A stretch of 64,000 nucleotides of DNA from Takakia lepidozioides. Its lineage: Eukaryota > Plantae > Bryophyta. The stretch is from NCBI GenBank assembly GCA_030704615.1, contig CM060731.1:52328001-52392000 (forward strand), written 5' to 3'. Shown piece after piece: positions 11,750 through 23,010 of this stretch. Position 1 is the stretch's first letter. Each line of letters begins with the position of its first letter. The notes beneath the pieces were generated by a model. It saw only the letters and a list, made by a program, of their open reading frames with translations, ran no database searches and was not told the DNA's origin. A program made the translations under genes and the position numbers.

Positions 11750-12620
11750 TGAGCTAACTTAGAAAATTCAATATGCATCTTAGGGCCGAGTCTGATGAGA
11801 GGGCAAAACAGACTAAAATAGGTCGAAGAAGAATGTGCCCTCACCACACTGTCCTTGACCTTGTGTCATGACCCATGGAGGATTTGACCGACAAAAGGAC
11901 CTCTTGTGTGTGATGCTTGTGTCTGTAGTCAGGGTCGGATTGGTCAGTGAGAACCTGCACCACGGTGCAACTGAGCAAGCAGACATTGAAACACGGCCTG
12001 CTAAGACCAAGCTGACTCTCCCAAGAACCTTGTAAATATCAGGAAGAATATCAAATCATGGTACTAACAAGAGCCAACAGCCCACATTTGCAGGATGGAC
12101 AAAACTTCTTCATATCGTACATTAAGAAAAAGCCACACCTTACGATTGCGGTTGTCGCACCCTCGTGAAGGATCTTTAAAAAACTCATGCCAGCTGTGCT
12201 CCATGATTCAAATTCAGGGCCGAGTCTGATGAGAGGGCAAAACAGGCTGAAATAGGTCGAAGAAGAAGGTGCCCTCACCACATTGTCCTCGACCTTGTGT
12301 CATGACCCATGGAGGATTTGACTGACCATGAACCCATGAGGACCTCTTGTGTGTGCTGCTTGTGTCTGTAGTTAGGTAATGTTGGATTGGTCAGTGAAAA
12401 CCACCACGGTGCAGCTGAGTGGGCAGAGATTGAAACACGGCCTGCTAAGACCAAGCTAACTCTCCTAAGAACCTTGTAAACATCAGGAAGAATACCAAAT
12501 CATGGTACTAACAGGAGCCAACAACCACATTTGCAAGATGGACAAACTTCTTCACATCGTACTGCGGCAACCGTTGTTGGGTCCTCAGAAACCCCCCATG
12601 TCCATCTTTTTTGAAGAGCC
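11750..12620 (-). pseudogene. Tandemly duplicated exon/intron units encoding PDF-like motifs
   Basis: Two units of about 460 bp. One exon reads MEHSWHEFFKDPSRGCDNRNRK up to a GT donor at 12139. The others read TNPTLPNYRHK...SNPPWVMTQ across a frameshift. The region is homologous in inverted orientation to 40620-41175. Confidence 0.7.
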
Positions 12621-15589
12621 CCGAACACCACATCAGAAAATATCCCATTCGTCCCCGGGAGATTGTCTTTCCCTCGGGTGTGAATAGATTTGACAATACA
12701 GATGCCACAGCATAGACTCATGGTGACGTGGATGGGAGTGTGCATGGCAGACGTAAGCCTGCCCGCAATGTCACATTCGCCAGCCCCATCGCCATCACGG
12801 CTGATAGCGCGAGTGATGCAATGCACCATTCTCCTGATGAGGTTCCACCCAATGTTGTACTTGTAGTTCCAAGCCAACGAACTAAACGAGGAAGAGGTAA
12901 GCATTTGTATTCATGCATGTAACATGTTTTTTTCTAGGTATACGTTGCACGAATGCTTGCATGTGCGCACGAATTCTTATGGGTTGTTCGGCACTGTGCA
13001 GGATACATAGCGAGATGGAAAATGTATTATGAGTTCAACGCCCGTGCACCCTTCTTTACAGTAAATGATATGGTATATCTTCAAATCCTCTTACAAATTG
13101 CACCAGCATTGAACACTGTATTCGTTAAAAGTGGACAATGGCTTGTCCACTTTTATTGTAGGAGAATTGAAATGACATATCTCCAATGAGAGGTTGTAGC
13201 CGAATGGTGAAATGATATTTGTTTGTGTCGACTTTGGCTAAAGGTTTTTTTTTTTTCATTTGCAATAGAATCGTTGATGATAGTTCTGCATTTACATCAA
13301 TACCTTATAACTAAGGTGCGAAGAGTTTTGTCATCACTGGCATGAAACATTGTAAATTTCAAGTCTTTCAATATTTGAGGGTCTTTTATCCATACATCAA
13401 ACATTCATCTACATAATTATAATATAATATGTACATATAATGTAAATATATATTTATGAAAATCATAAGGGAGAAACATCCATAATAGTAGATCATAATG
13501 CATCCAGGAATTCCAACCATCTTTTATTTTATATATGGCATGTCTGGTTTCCATCCTTTATGTGGAACAACATTTGGGATATCTTTCATCCACTTATCAT
13601 ACTCTTCATCAGTTAAAATTCTCCATTTCATTCCTGCTTGCGTCCCATATTGTTCTAATTCTGCCGGTGAGAAAGCTCGGCGGAGCTCCGCCCTCCTGCC
13701 GTGTCCACATCCGTGCCTTAGCAGTGTCTTTAGCCATGACTAATCATGTAGGGTTCCGCCAGTTTTCTACCTACCTAGTCTTATTAACCCTTCAAATAGG
13801 TGTTTCCGCTATCATATCCGTGACTACTACGTCTACGAAACACTCTTCAGCCGCCATCGCTACCTCCCATCTCCCTCTCTTCTCTCAGCAGCTTGTCCTC
13901 TTTTCTCACCTCTTTGTTTGCTACCAGTGCCTTCGCCTCATCATGCTGCTCAAATGGAACCAGTTTTTTTTCACAATGCTTTCTGGTGTATCGCAATACA
14001 AAAAGAGGTCATAGCTTTGTCTGCTCTTTGCTATTCGCTAACATGCTCCAAGTGGACGACCTGCCACGGCCATGCGCTGCTCACTGTGGCATCGCAACTG
14101 CCTACTTCTATCCAGATGAAGAAAATGACACTATTTCCTCAAGTACTCATACAGCTACGACCGCACGGGTTGGCACAAAGTTCACAACACCCCCACGGAC
14201 CAAGTATGTCCACACAGACACGCTCAAGCGGCAGTATTCCAAGGCCACCGAGAACATGACTCGACCCAATCGCTATGGTAACATACAATCAGCGACCTTG
14301 TTGCTCTCCTTGCTCTTCTTTTCCCCCTCCTTCGAGCTCCTACATGCTCTGTCGACTCACTGAGACCAACAAAAGGCGCCGATGGAGCACATCTTACCGA
14401 TCACCACCACCTAGAGTCTCTCCCTCAACACTGCCCTTTGAATGTATCTAACTCACACGCCTCATACACACAAGAGCAACCCCCGGAGGGTACTTGACGG
14501 GCGACCATATCTCGTGAAGTATCCCCAACCCGAGTGGGGATCCACCCATTTGTGAGACTCACCACAAACCACATGTTGTTTGACTCTAACAGGTACAGCA
14601 GGCCTGATCAGATGTGTTTAAGATCTACCAGCAGATGTGCTAGCCAGATCTACTCTCTTTGGCAAATGAGAGTACACCCCAAGATCAAACAAATTGCAAG
14701 AATGACTACAATCCGGTTGGGAATCCTCCATATCAACACATTTTCCTTTTTCAGGACTAGAATTGGCATGAACACCTCTCCCTCTCAACTGCAAACGGGT
14801 GCTAAGAGGGGATGTCAAGGCACTAGTACATTCAAACTCAAGAGGCTGATTGTCACTCAAACCAGCAGGCTCAGAATGTATAAGACCAGTTGGGGGCTGT
14901 TTCAAGGTCAAGTTCTGGCCATGGGACATTGCTGATTCCATCAACAGTGGGGAGAACTGGCAGTGAGAAGTTGATGGTGGGTGCACTAGGGACTGAAGCA
15001 CTGTTGGTTGCCTCAGGTCCTGACTCCACATCATTTGCATTTGGTCCAAGGGAAGCTGTAACAAGTGTTGTATGCGCAAGAGGCGGTTGACCAAATCACT
15101 GAACCCTGTGCTAGACCACTCAACTCTCCGAGCTCTCCAACCAAGTCTCCTTGCAACTTGACGCCTGAAGTGATACCTTATAAGCTCACTAGGTGTGGGA
15201 CTGAAACTCAAAGGACTTACACCAAGTGGAGGCTGGAGAGACACCAAGAACTCTTGGCCTAAGCACCCTCTAATGAAAGCCCTGTCATTCTCACTTGCAC
15301 CCAATCCTACAGTGCACCCATCAAAATATATGCAGGAGGAGCCTATGGAGGAACAACATTGATGCGCAATGAGGGCATGGAGTGATTGCACATCATACAA
15401 ACAAAAACTAGAAAATCCTGAAAAAAACCCAAAATGCAAGTTACCCGAGCATCCACTTACCCACAACAGAAAATCAACAGCAAAAGAAGACTGAAGATGA
15501 AGATGGGGTCCCAAACTACTCCTAATTTATGAAGTACAGCCAACATGCCATAAAGTGAAAGAAGAAGGCTGGTTAGGTTTAGTGGTTGG

Positions 15590-16380
15590 AGACAGGGCTG
15601 GAGTAATCAGCAAAATCGATGGCCAAATGAAAAGATACCCCAATGTCACCCCAAATCGATAAAACAAAAGGCTGGAGGATCCCATGAAGTAACCATGACA
15701 GCCAAAATCGATGGCCAAACGAAAATCGCAGGTCAGTTAGGTTGCCAGGAAGAAATGCCACCCCAAATCGAATGAACAGAAGGCTGGACAAAGGCCAATG
15801 TGCCAGCAAAACTCGAGGCACCCAGAAATCCATAGTTCAAGGAACCATGACACCCTGGAAATGAAAATGATCAGGTCAGTTTAGCTTGTCATTCACAAAT
15901 GTCACCCCAAATCGAAAGAGCAGAAGGCTGGAGAAAGACGAACATACCAAGAACCAGGGAACATGAAGCGCCACCATGCAATCGCATGAAGTAACCATGA
16001 CACCACTCATGAAATGAGCATGTCAGTTAGGTCGACAAGCACAAATGTCACCCCAAATCGATAGAACCCTCAAGCTGAACAAAGGCCTACGTGCACGCAA
16101 CCACAAAATGCATTCAAGTCACCAAGAGCTCCCGCATAATCGATGGCCAAATGGATCGAACTGCGGCGAATCCCATTGCAAATCGATAGAAGAGAAGTAG
16201 GGCAAAGGCCAACGTGCCAGCAACCATGCGAATCACTCTAACCCACCCAAAAATCGCACGAAGTAACCATGATCCCTGCCCATCGATGGGCAAATGAAAT
16301 TTGCAGGTCAATTAGGGTTGTCATGAAAGAATGTCACCCCAAATCGATAGAACATAAGGCTGGAAAACCACCATGGTTGC
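15590..16380. repeat. Imperfect tandem array, about 6 units of 110-160 bp
   Basis: The core aatgtcaccccaaatcga...aaggctgga recurs near 15642, 15753, 15897, 16043, 16170 (diverged) and 16330, together with gtaaccatga and ggtcagttagg. Confidence 0.8.
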
Positions 16381-16469
16381 TTCTCTCTTCATAAAATCGT
16401 GCCACAAACATCCATAACCCAAATCCATAGATTCCAAGTGCTGCGCGCGAAAATAAATGCGGCACCGTG

Positions 16470-16700
16470 CACTGCAGGAAAAAAGGGGGGTTTTCGACGC
16501 AGCGGCCACGCCGCGGCGTCGTAAAACAGCCCTTTTCGGGCCGGGGGAAAAACCAAATTTGCGACGCTCGGGCGTTGCAAGCCCTCGCCAAAAAAACGTC
16601 GCAAATTTGCGACCAATGGGGGTCGCAAATATGCGAAACTGCGATTTGCGACGCTCGCATATTTGCGACGCCGGTGCGTCGAAAAAAAAAAACTACTACA
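16470..16700 (+). mobile_element. CACTG-type (CACTA superfamily) terminal fragment
   Basis: CACTGCAGGAAAAAA is followed by dense direct and inverted TTTGCGAC/GTCGCAAA subterminal repeats. Confidence 0.65.
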
Positions 16701-16845
16701 AGTAGAACGAGGAATCCATGGAAGCTGCTGTCGACAGGAGAAATATATAATCAAACTCAGATCTTAGTTTTGTACAACACCACAACAATCCACCGACTTG
16801 AAGCCATGTTATAAAGCCATGCCTACTGGAAAAAGTCTGTACATT

Positions 16846-17346
16846 ATTTTGACACGATTAAGTAAGGAGTCAACAAGCTGAGATCGGTCAAACCCTAAAA
16901 GCACCACTTCCTGGAGAATGTCTTCATCGATCTGCTCACATATTTCCGCACACGTCAACCACTACACATGTTCAAATTGTTTCTCATAAACCAGAACAAG
17001 ATTTATGACTTCCACACATAGGTAGACATGCAGGCTCTGGTAACATTTCTTTGCTCACCAGTGTTCTCTTCGAGCACAGCTGAAATCAAGTTGATAGTAA
17101 CTAGCCTGCTAGGGATATGTGGACACTAGATGCAACATCTCAACTTCAGCTACTCTCAGAGAGAGTGTACCTGTTAGCTTGCTGTATGGTATTAGGAGGA
17201 GGATAACGAGGCAAATGAGATTGAAACGAAGGATGCTGGCGAACCTCAGGAATAATAACCTGCTTCATCGGGTCCACCAGTAGCATACGTGGAATCAGAT
17301 CCCTTGCTCCCGGCGACAAATGGCTTGGTAGCGTGTACATACCACC
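16846..17346 (-). pseudogene. Two-exon fragment of the SnRK1 alpha (SNF1/KIN10-type) kinase gene
   Basis: Exon 17346-17171 reads GGMYTLPSHLSPGARDLIPRMLLVDPMK...PPPNTIQQA. After a GT-AG intron, the exon from 16931 reads IDEDILQEVVLLGFDRSQLVDSLLNR (UBA domain). It has small deletions and the rest of the gene is absent. Confidence 0.85.
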
Positions 17347-17948
17347 CTGCACAAACAGGCACCCGCCATCTTCACCCCGCCATCTCCATCTCCGTCTGCC
17401 CGCTAGGGTTTCACTGTGACAGTGTTGAGCTCAGCCAGGGGACTTAGCCGATTCTAGCTCATCTCTTCGGCGCGCAATCTTGTCCTTACGATCCTCAGGA
17501 TCTGACAGTGAGTAGTTCTGTAATCGTGCAGATCTGAGCATGTCCATAGGACGATGGAGATCATCCAGGTGCTACATGCATTGGGTGCTTGTGGCAAAAA
17601 ATTTAAAGTTTCCAGGCCAGGTTTTTAGGTTTGTGAAAGCGAATTAGCTAACATAAATTTATTCTACAAGAATTTAAAGGTTAATAACTTTGTAAAATAT
17701 ATATAACCTAAATTATTTATTTCTGTATACTAAAGTAATTTTCATGGTTTTATTTATAAAATCAATTTTATTTATAAAGGCTTGTCCCACCAAAATATAT
17801 ATATATTGCAGTAAAAGGGGCCAGTGGCCCTGGTTGGATATTTAAATTTTCTTTTTTCTTTTTTCTTTTTCGCAGAACAAGGGATATGGGCCCTGGAAAT
17901 TTATTAATGGGAATTTTTAGAACAGGGAGGAAAAAATAAGCTCCGGGG

Positions 17949-18228
17949 CAGTTTTATTTTTATAATTAAAAAAAAAGCACGAGTGGCTACAAAGTTTTGC
18001 AAAAATTAGGCATATATTCTATTCATCCATTCAAATTAGGACAGAATCATCCACATCCATACTTTCATCCAATTATATTATCCATATTTGGCAAATTCAT
18101 CCATAATGATTATTTTTTTGGGAGAAATTTGGCGATTTCATCCATGAAAAAACATGGAATTTCCTACGGAATATTCTTTTCTATTTTTTGAGGTCGCCAT
18201 TTGGCGAAAATTCGCCAAAAAAAAAACG
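17949..18228 (-). mobile_element. MITE of the same family as 59740-60013, with a damaged end abutting the Gypsy element
   Basis: Reverse-complement homology to 59740-60013 (gcacgagtggctaca, ttcatcca repeats, gaggtcgccatttg, ttcgccaaaaaaaaaac). Confidence 0.75.
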
Positions 18229-21200
18229 CCATACAATTCCAATAATGAAACATGAAAGACTGGATGGATGCGCATACTTCGTGGGAGTTCAAGCCGAAAA
18301 TTGACCGGATTTATTTGTCGAATAATTTTGAATGGTCCCAGACGTTGATAATCCAACTTCCTTGATGGTCGCGAGGTTTGTATATCCCGTCGAAGAAGCC
18401 ACTCACGATCTCCGACCTTGAACTGGGGTTGGAGTTGACGATATTGATCTGCATACTCCTTGTATTATTTTTGAGCTTCTGCGAGGTAGAATGTAAGCTC
18501 ATTGTGAATCGTAGTAAGATGAGTAGCAAGGTTTTTTGCAGCAGGGCTTCCAACAGTCTTCATATGGAAAGGGTTTGCTCGAGGATGATGACCATAATTG
18601 GAGAAAAATGGAGTTTGCTTGGTCGAAGAATGTATAGTGTTGTTATAGGCAAACTCAGCCAATGACATAAGGTCCGTCCAATTATCTTGGTGATAATTTA
18701 TCGTATAGCGAAGATACTGCTCCAAAATCTGGTTTACGCTGACCATCAGTCTGTGGATGATTAGCTGTAGAGAGATAGATCTTAGTATCCAATATGTGAA
18801 ATAATTACCTCTAGAAATTTGATATGAACTGTGGTCCTCGATCAGATATGATGTCCTTCGGGAGTCCATGAATGCGGTAGATATTATTGAGGAAGAGTCT
18901 TGCGTCTTATTACATGGAATGAAATGTGTCATCTTTGTAAAACGATCGACAATAATAAGGGTTGAATCGGTGGTCTTGGAAATTGGAAGGTCTGTAATAA
19001 AGTCCATAAACACGGATGACCATGGACCATTGGGAATGGGTAATGGTTGCAGGAGGCCGTAAAGTCGATGTCGTGGTCCCTTCGCTCTAGCACACGTGTC
19101 GCAAGATTTTATAAATTCTTTCACGAGTTTCCACATCTGCGGCCACCAATAGTCCTTGGATATCAATTCCATTGTTTTGTTGAAGCCGAAATGTCATGCA
19201 GCCGGAAGATCATGACATGTTTGAAAAATTTGAAGTCGTGTAGGTCTTGGAAGTACATAGAAAAGTCCCTTGAAATAAAGTAAGCCATCTTTGAATTCGA
19301 AGTTCGTTTGTAACATGTGGGTTGTCTCGAGGTCGATTTAGTTGACTTCGTAGTGTCGTAGCAAATTGGTCGCTCTTCAGTGCTTCATGAATCTCCTTTA
19401 TGATCTCTACATCGTCATAGGTAGACATGGATAGCATATTCACTTGGAGATTTGCTGGTTTCAAAATGATGGATTTCTGTTGGTCAAAAGCTGCATCCCC
19501 TTCTTTTGGCGCAAGATACGATCGTCGAGAAAGAGCATCTGGTTTTCCTTGAAGATGTCCGGGACGGTAGGTAATAACAAAATCAAACCTTGCTAGTGAC
19601 ATACTCCATCTCGATTGACGTCGATTCAAAACACGAGCACTCATAAAATACTCGAGGTTTTTGTGATCGGTATAGACTGTGACCTGATGTTTAGCTCCCT
19701 CCAATAGATGACGCCACTCCTCAAAAACATCAATAATTGCTAGAAGTTCTTTGTCATGGATTTCATAATTGATCTCCGCAACGAAAAATTTGCGAGAACG
19801 AAAACCAACAGGGTGAAGTCGACCATCTGTACCGTATTAAGAGAGTACTGCGCCAAGTGCAAAGTCCGATGCATCTGCTTCCAAAAAGAATGGTTTAGAT
19901 GGGTCTGCATGTACCAGTATTGGAGCCGTTGAAATGCCTGCTTCAGCCTTTCAAATGCTTGGTCAGCCTTCTCGTTCCATACAAATTTGTCCTTTCCTGT
20001 GAGTCGTGTCAATGGTGCAGCAATTTTGGAGTAATCATTGATGAAGATTCTATAGAAATTTGCAAATCCTAGAAAACATTGTACATCTCAGACAGAAGTT
20101 GGTTTAATCCACTCGATGATGGTTTGTATTTTTTTCTGATCCATAAAGACGCCTTTGTCGGAAATAATGTAACCCAAAAATTCGACTTCAGATTGGTGGA
20201 AAAGATATTTTTCCAACTTGGCATATAGTCCTTTTTCCCTCAATTTATCAAAGACAAGACGTACATGGCAACCATGTTCTTCTTCATTCTGTGAAAATAT
20301 CAAAATGTCGTCCAAATAGATGACTACAAAGTCATCTAAAAATTCTCGAAAGATGTCATTCATCATGTGTTGAAAAATTGCTGGAGCATTTGTAAGACCG
20401 AAAGGTATAACACTGTATTCGAAATGTCCGTACCTTGTGCGAAAAGCAGTCTTCCATCCGTCTCCTTTTTTTATTTGTACAAGGTTGTAAGCTCATCTCA
20501 AGTCAATTTTGGTGAAAATCGTCGTTCGTCCCAGTTGGTCGAGAAGCCCAGAAATCAACGGCAACAGATAACGATTTTTAGTTGTGACTTTGTTGAGTCC
20601 ACGATAGTCCACACACATGCGTAACGATCCATCCTTCTTCTTCACAAATAAGATAGGTGCTCCCACGGGTGATTTCGAATGTCGAATGAAATTCTTTGAC
20701 AATTTTTTATCAATGTATTCGCATAAAACAACCAGTTCCGTCTGAGATAAATTGTAGATCGGGCCGAATGGTGGTTGAGCTCCTTCTTGCAACTCAATTG
20801 TACAATCATAAGGTCGATGTTCTGACAACATGTCTGCATTTTTCTTCTCGAAGACATCCTTGAAATCTTGATATTGAGTGGGTAATGTCGAAGTACCTTG
20901 GTTTGTGGTTTTGATTGGAGTCGCATAAAGTGCAAATGTCGCGTCTTTCTTCGCAGCTCTCATGAAGGCTCTAGCTCCAAGAAACATGGGTTAAATACCT
21001 TTGATACTTTTGCATTTTTGTCTTGTCGAAATTTTTCGTGATTGTCAGTCGATGTCAGGATTATGAAGTACAAACCAGGAAAGTCCAAGGATCACAGGAT
21101 TCGTTGGAGATTGGATGACATTGAAAACAATCTGTGATGCTTGATTTTTAAGCTTCACTTCAAGGGGTCGAGTTTCATGGTCAATATTTCCTGATGCTAA

Positions 21201-23010
21201 CGGTCGTCCATCGATGACTTCAACAGGAGCCGAGAATTTCTTCTTTACGAGCATTAAATTGTGTTGCTTCGCAAAGTCTTTGTCAATAAAACACGTTGAA
21301 GCGCCCGAGTCCAAAAGTGTTTCTACGGAGATATCTCGATTTTGCATCCTGATCTTTATTAGAACTCTGAAACAAGGTACAGGGTCTGGAGGTAGAAAAC
21401 GACATTTTTTTGGTGAGGAATTTGGGGCGTCCAGCCGCATGGTCCCGACAGTTTAATGCTATGTGATCATCTTCTCCGCAATAAAGGTATAATCCATTCG
21501 AGTGCCGTCTTTGTTTTTCTTGTGACGTCAATGGCTTGAATCGGACAGTATCAATCTGCATAGGATCATTACCGGATGTCTGATGGATCGTTGTATTTGG
21601 TGCCATAGTAGTAGCGACATGTTGCGTCGTCGACCATCCAGATCGCTTCTCTTGACGTCTTTCGAACAAACGATTATCGCATGCAATGACTTGGGTGATG
21701 AATTCGCTCAGTGTACTCACGTTTGGCATTGTCAACAATAAATCTTTTACATCCTCTTTTAGGCCACATCGAAACTGACTAATGAGACTCTTTTCATTCC
21801 AATCGAGGTCGCACGCAAGTTATCGAAATTCGAACGGAAGCTGGACGTGCTCCTGAACGCTTCAAAATTGTATAGTAAATGCGAATTTTTCTCTAATAGC
21901 GGTGCAAACCAAGATTAAGCAGTGCCTGATAGAAGGGTGCCCATGAATCCCACTTGAATACCTTTATCAGGGTAGCGTTGTGGATGTAGTCGTAGGAACA
22001 ATCGTACTTGTTGAACAAAACCGCGAAATCTTGATCTCGTTCCATCAAATTTCTCGGGCATGCTGACCTTTGGTTCCCTTGTAATCTGTTGGAGATTTGG
22101 AAGAACCGTTGCAGTAGGATTTGTTGTAGTAGGGACTCGTAAGGTTGAAGATCCATTGTTCGACTCCTTCAACTCTGAAATTTGTTGTTGCAAATTGTTG
22201 AGAGCGTTGCCAAGATCTTGAGACTGATCAGCTTATAGTTGGGCAGTAGATGTACGGAGTTCTTGCATCTGGAGCTGAAGACTCTGCAATGTCGCGACCA
22301 TTTCCGCAAATGTGCCTTCCATCTTAACTAATTAAGGAACAAACTTTAGTCTCGCCAAACTGTCAAAGACGAGAACATGACTGAACACAAACAAGAGATC
22401 AGACTAGAGGTACAAGACTAGACAAGAAGTCAAGGTCGACGTGGCCGAATACATGGTGGGTAAACATGAATCAAGATGATCTTTATAACAATGGACAAGA
22501 CTACAAGATACTGGAACTCGACTCGAATACTGGAATGCTAGAAACTGGACTGGGTACCAGATACTGGAAACTGGACTAGAGTACTGGAAGTTGGATTGGA
22601 GTACTGGGACTGGGAATAAGAGTAGCTTGAACTTGTGTTGGCGAGACTGAAGAGTGTCCAGTCTCGCCTCCTATATATACTGGCTACTAAGAAGCTTCCC
22701 TAAGAAGCTTCCCCTATGGAGGTTTATTGCTGGAGAAGTTTTCAAGATTAAACAAAGGTTTCTTGATGGAGAAGCTTCCTTAAACAAAGGAGGTATCTTG
22801 ATGGAGAAGTTTCCTCCAAATGAAGCTTCCTGAGCAGTTTCCCAAGTTACTGTTGGTAATTTGATAAACTCCGGGTAACTTGGTAAGTAATGGTAAATCA
22901 TGGTATATCATGATAAATTAAGGTAAATCATGGTAATTTTCGATAACATTGTAACTTAATAACTTCTAATATTTATTCCTGGTAAGTTCCTCTGGGCTAT
23001 GTCCATGAAA
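18229..23010 (-). mobile_element. Ty3/Gypsy chromovirus-type LTR retrotransposon, copy 1 (degenerate, 3'-truncated)
   Basis: 5' LTR 23010-22361, then PBS, gag (PEKFDGTRSRFRGF), protease (LLDSGAS), RT ([18 protein letters not shown]), RNase H (TDHKNL) and integrase (MDFITDLP; HPVFHVSLL). It has deletions and stops, and ends before the chromodomain. Confidence 0.95.
22361..23010 (-). repeat. 5' LTR of Gypsy copy 1
   Basis: Reverse-complement match to the LTR at 28691-29309, including TATA and the ggcgagactg...cagtctcgcc hairpin. Confidence 0.9.

Noticed and set aside
14618-15514. 298-aa minus-strand ORF as a real gene
   Set aside because: No recognisable domain, non-ATG start and competing ORFs on the opposite strand.
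15590-16380. CRISPR-like array
   Set aside because: Eukaryotic context, degenerate repeats, irregular period, linkers related to each other, and no cas genes.
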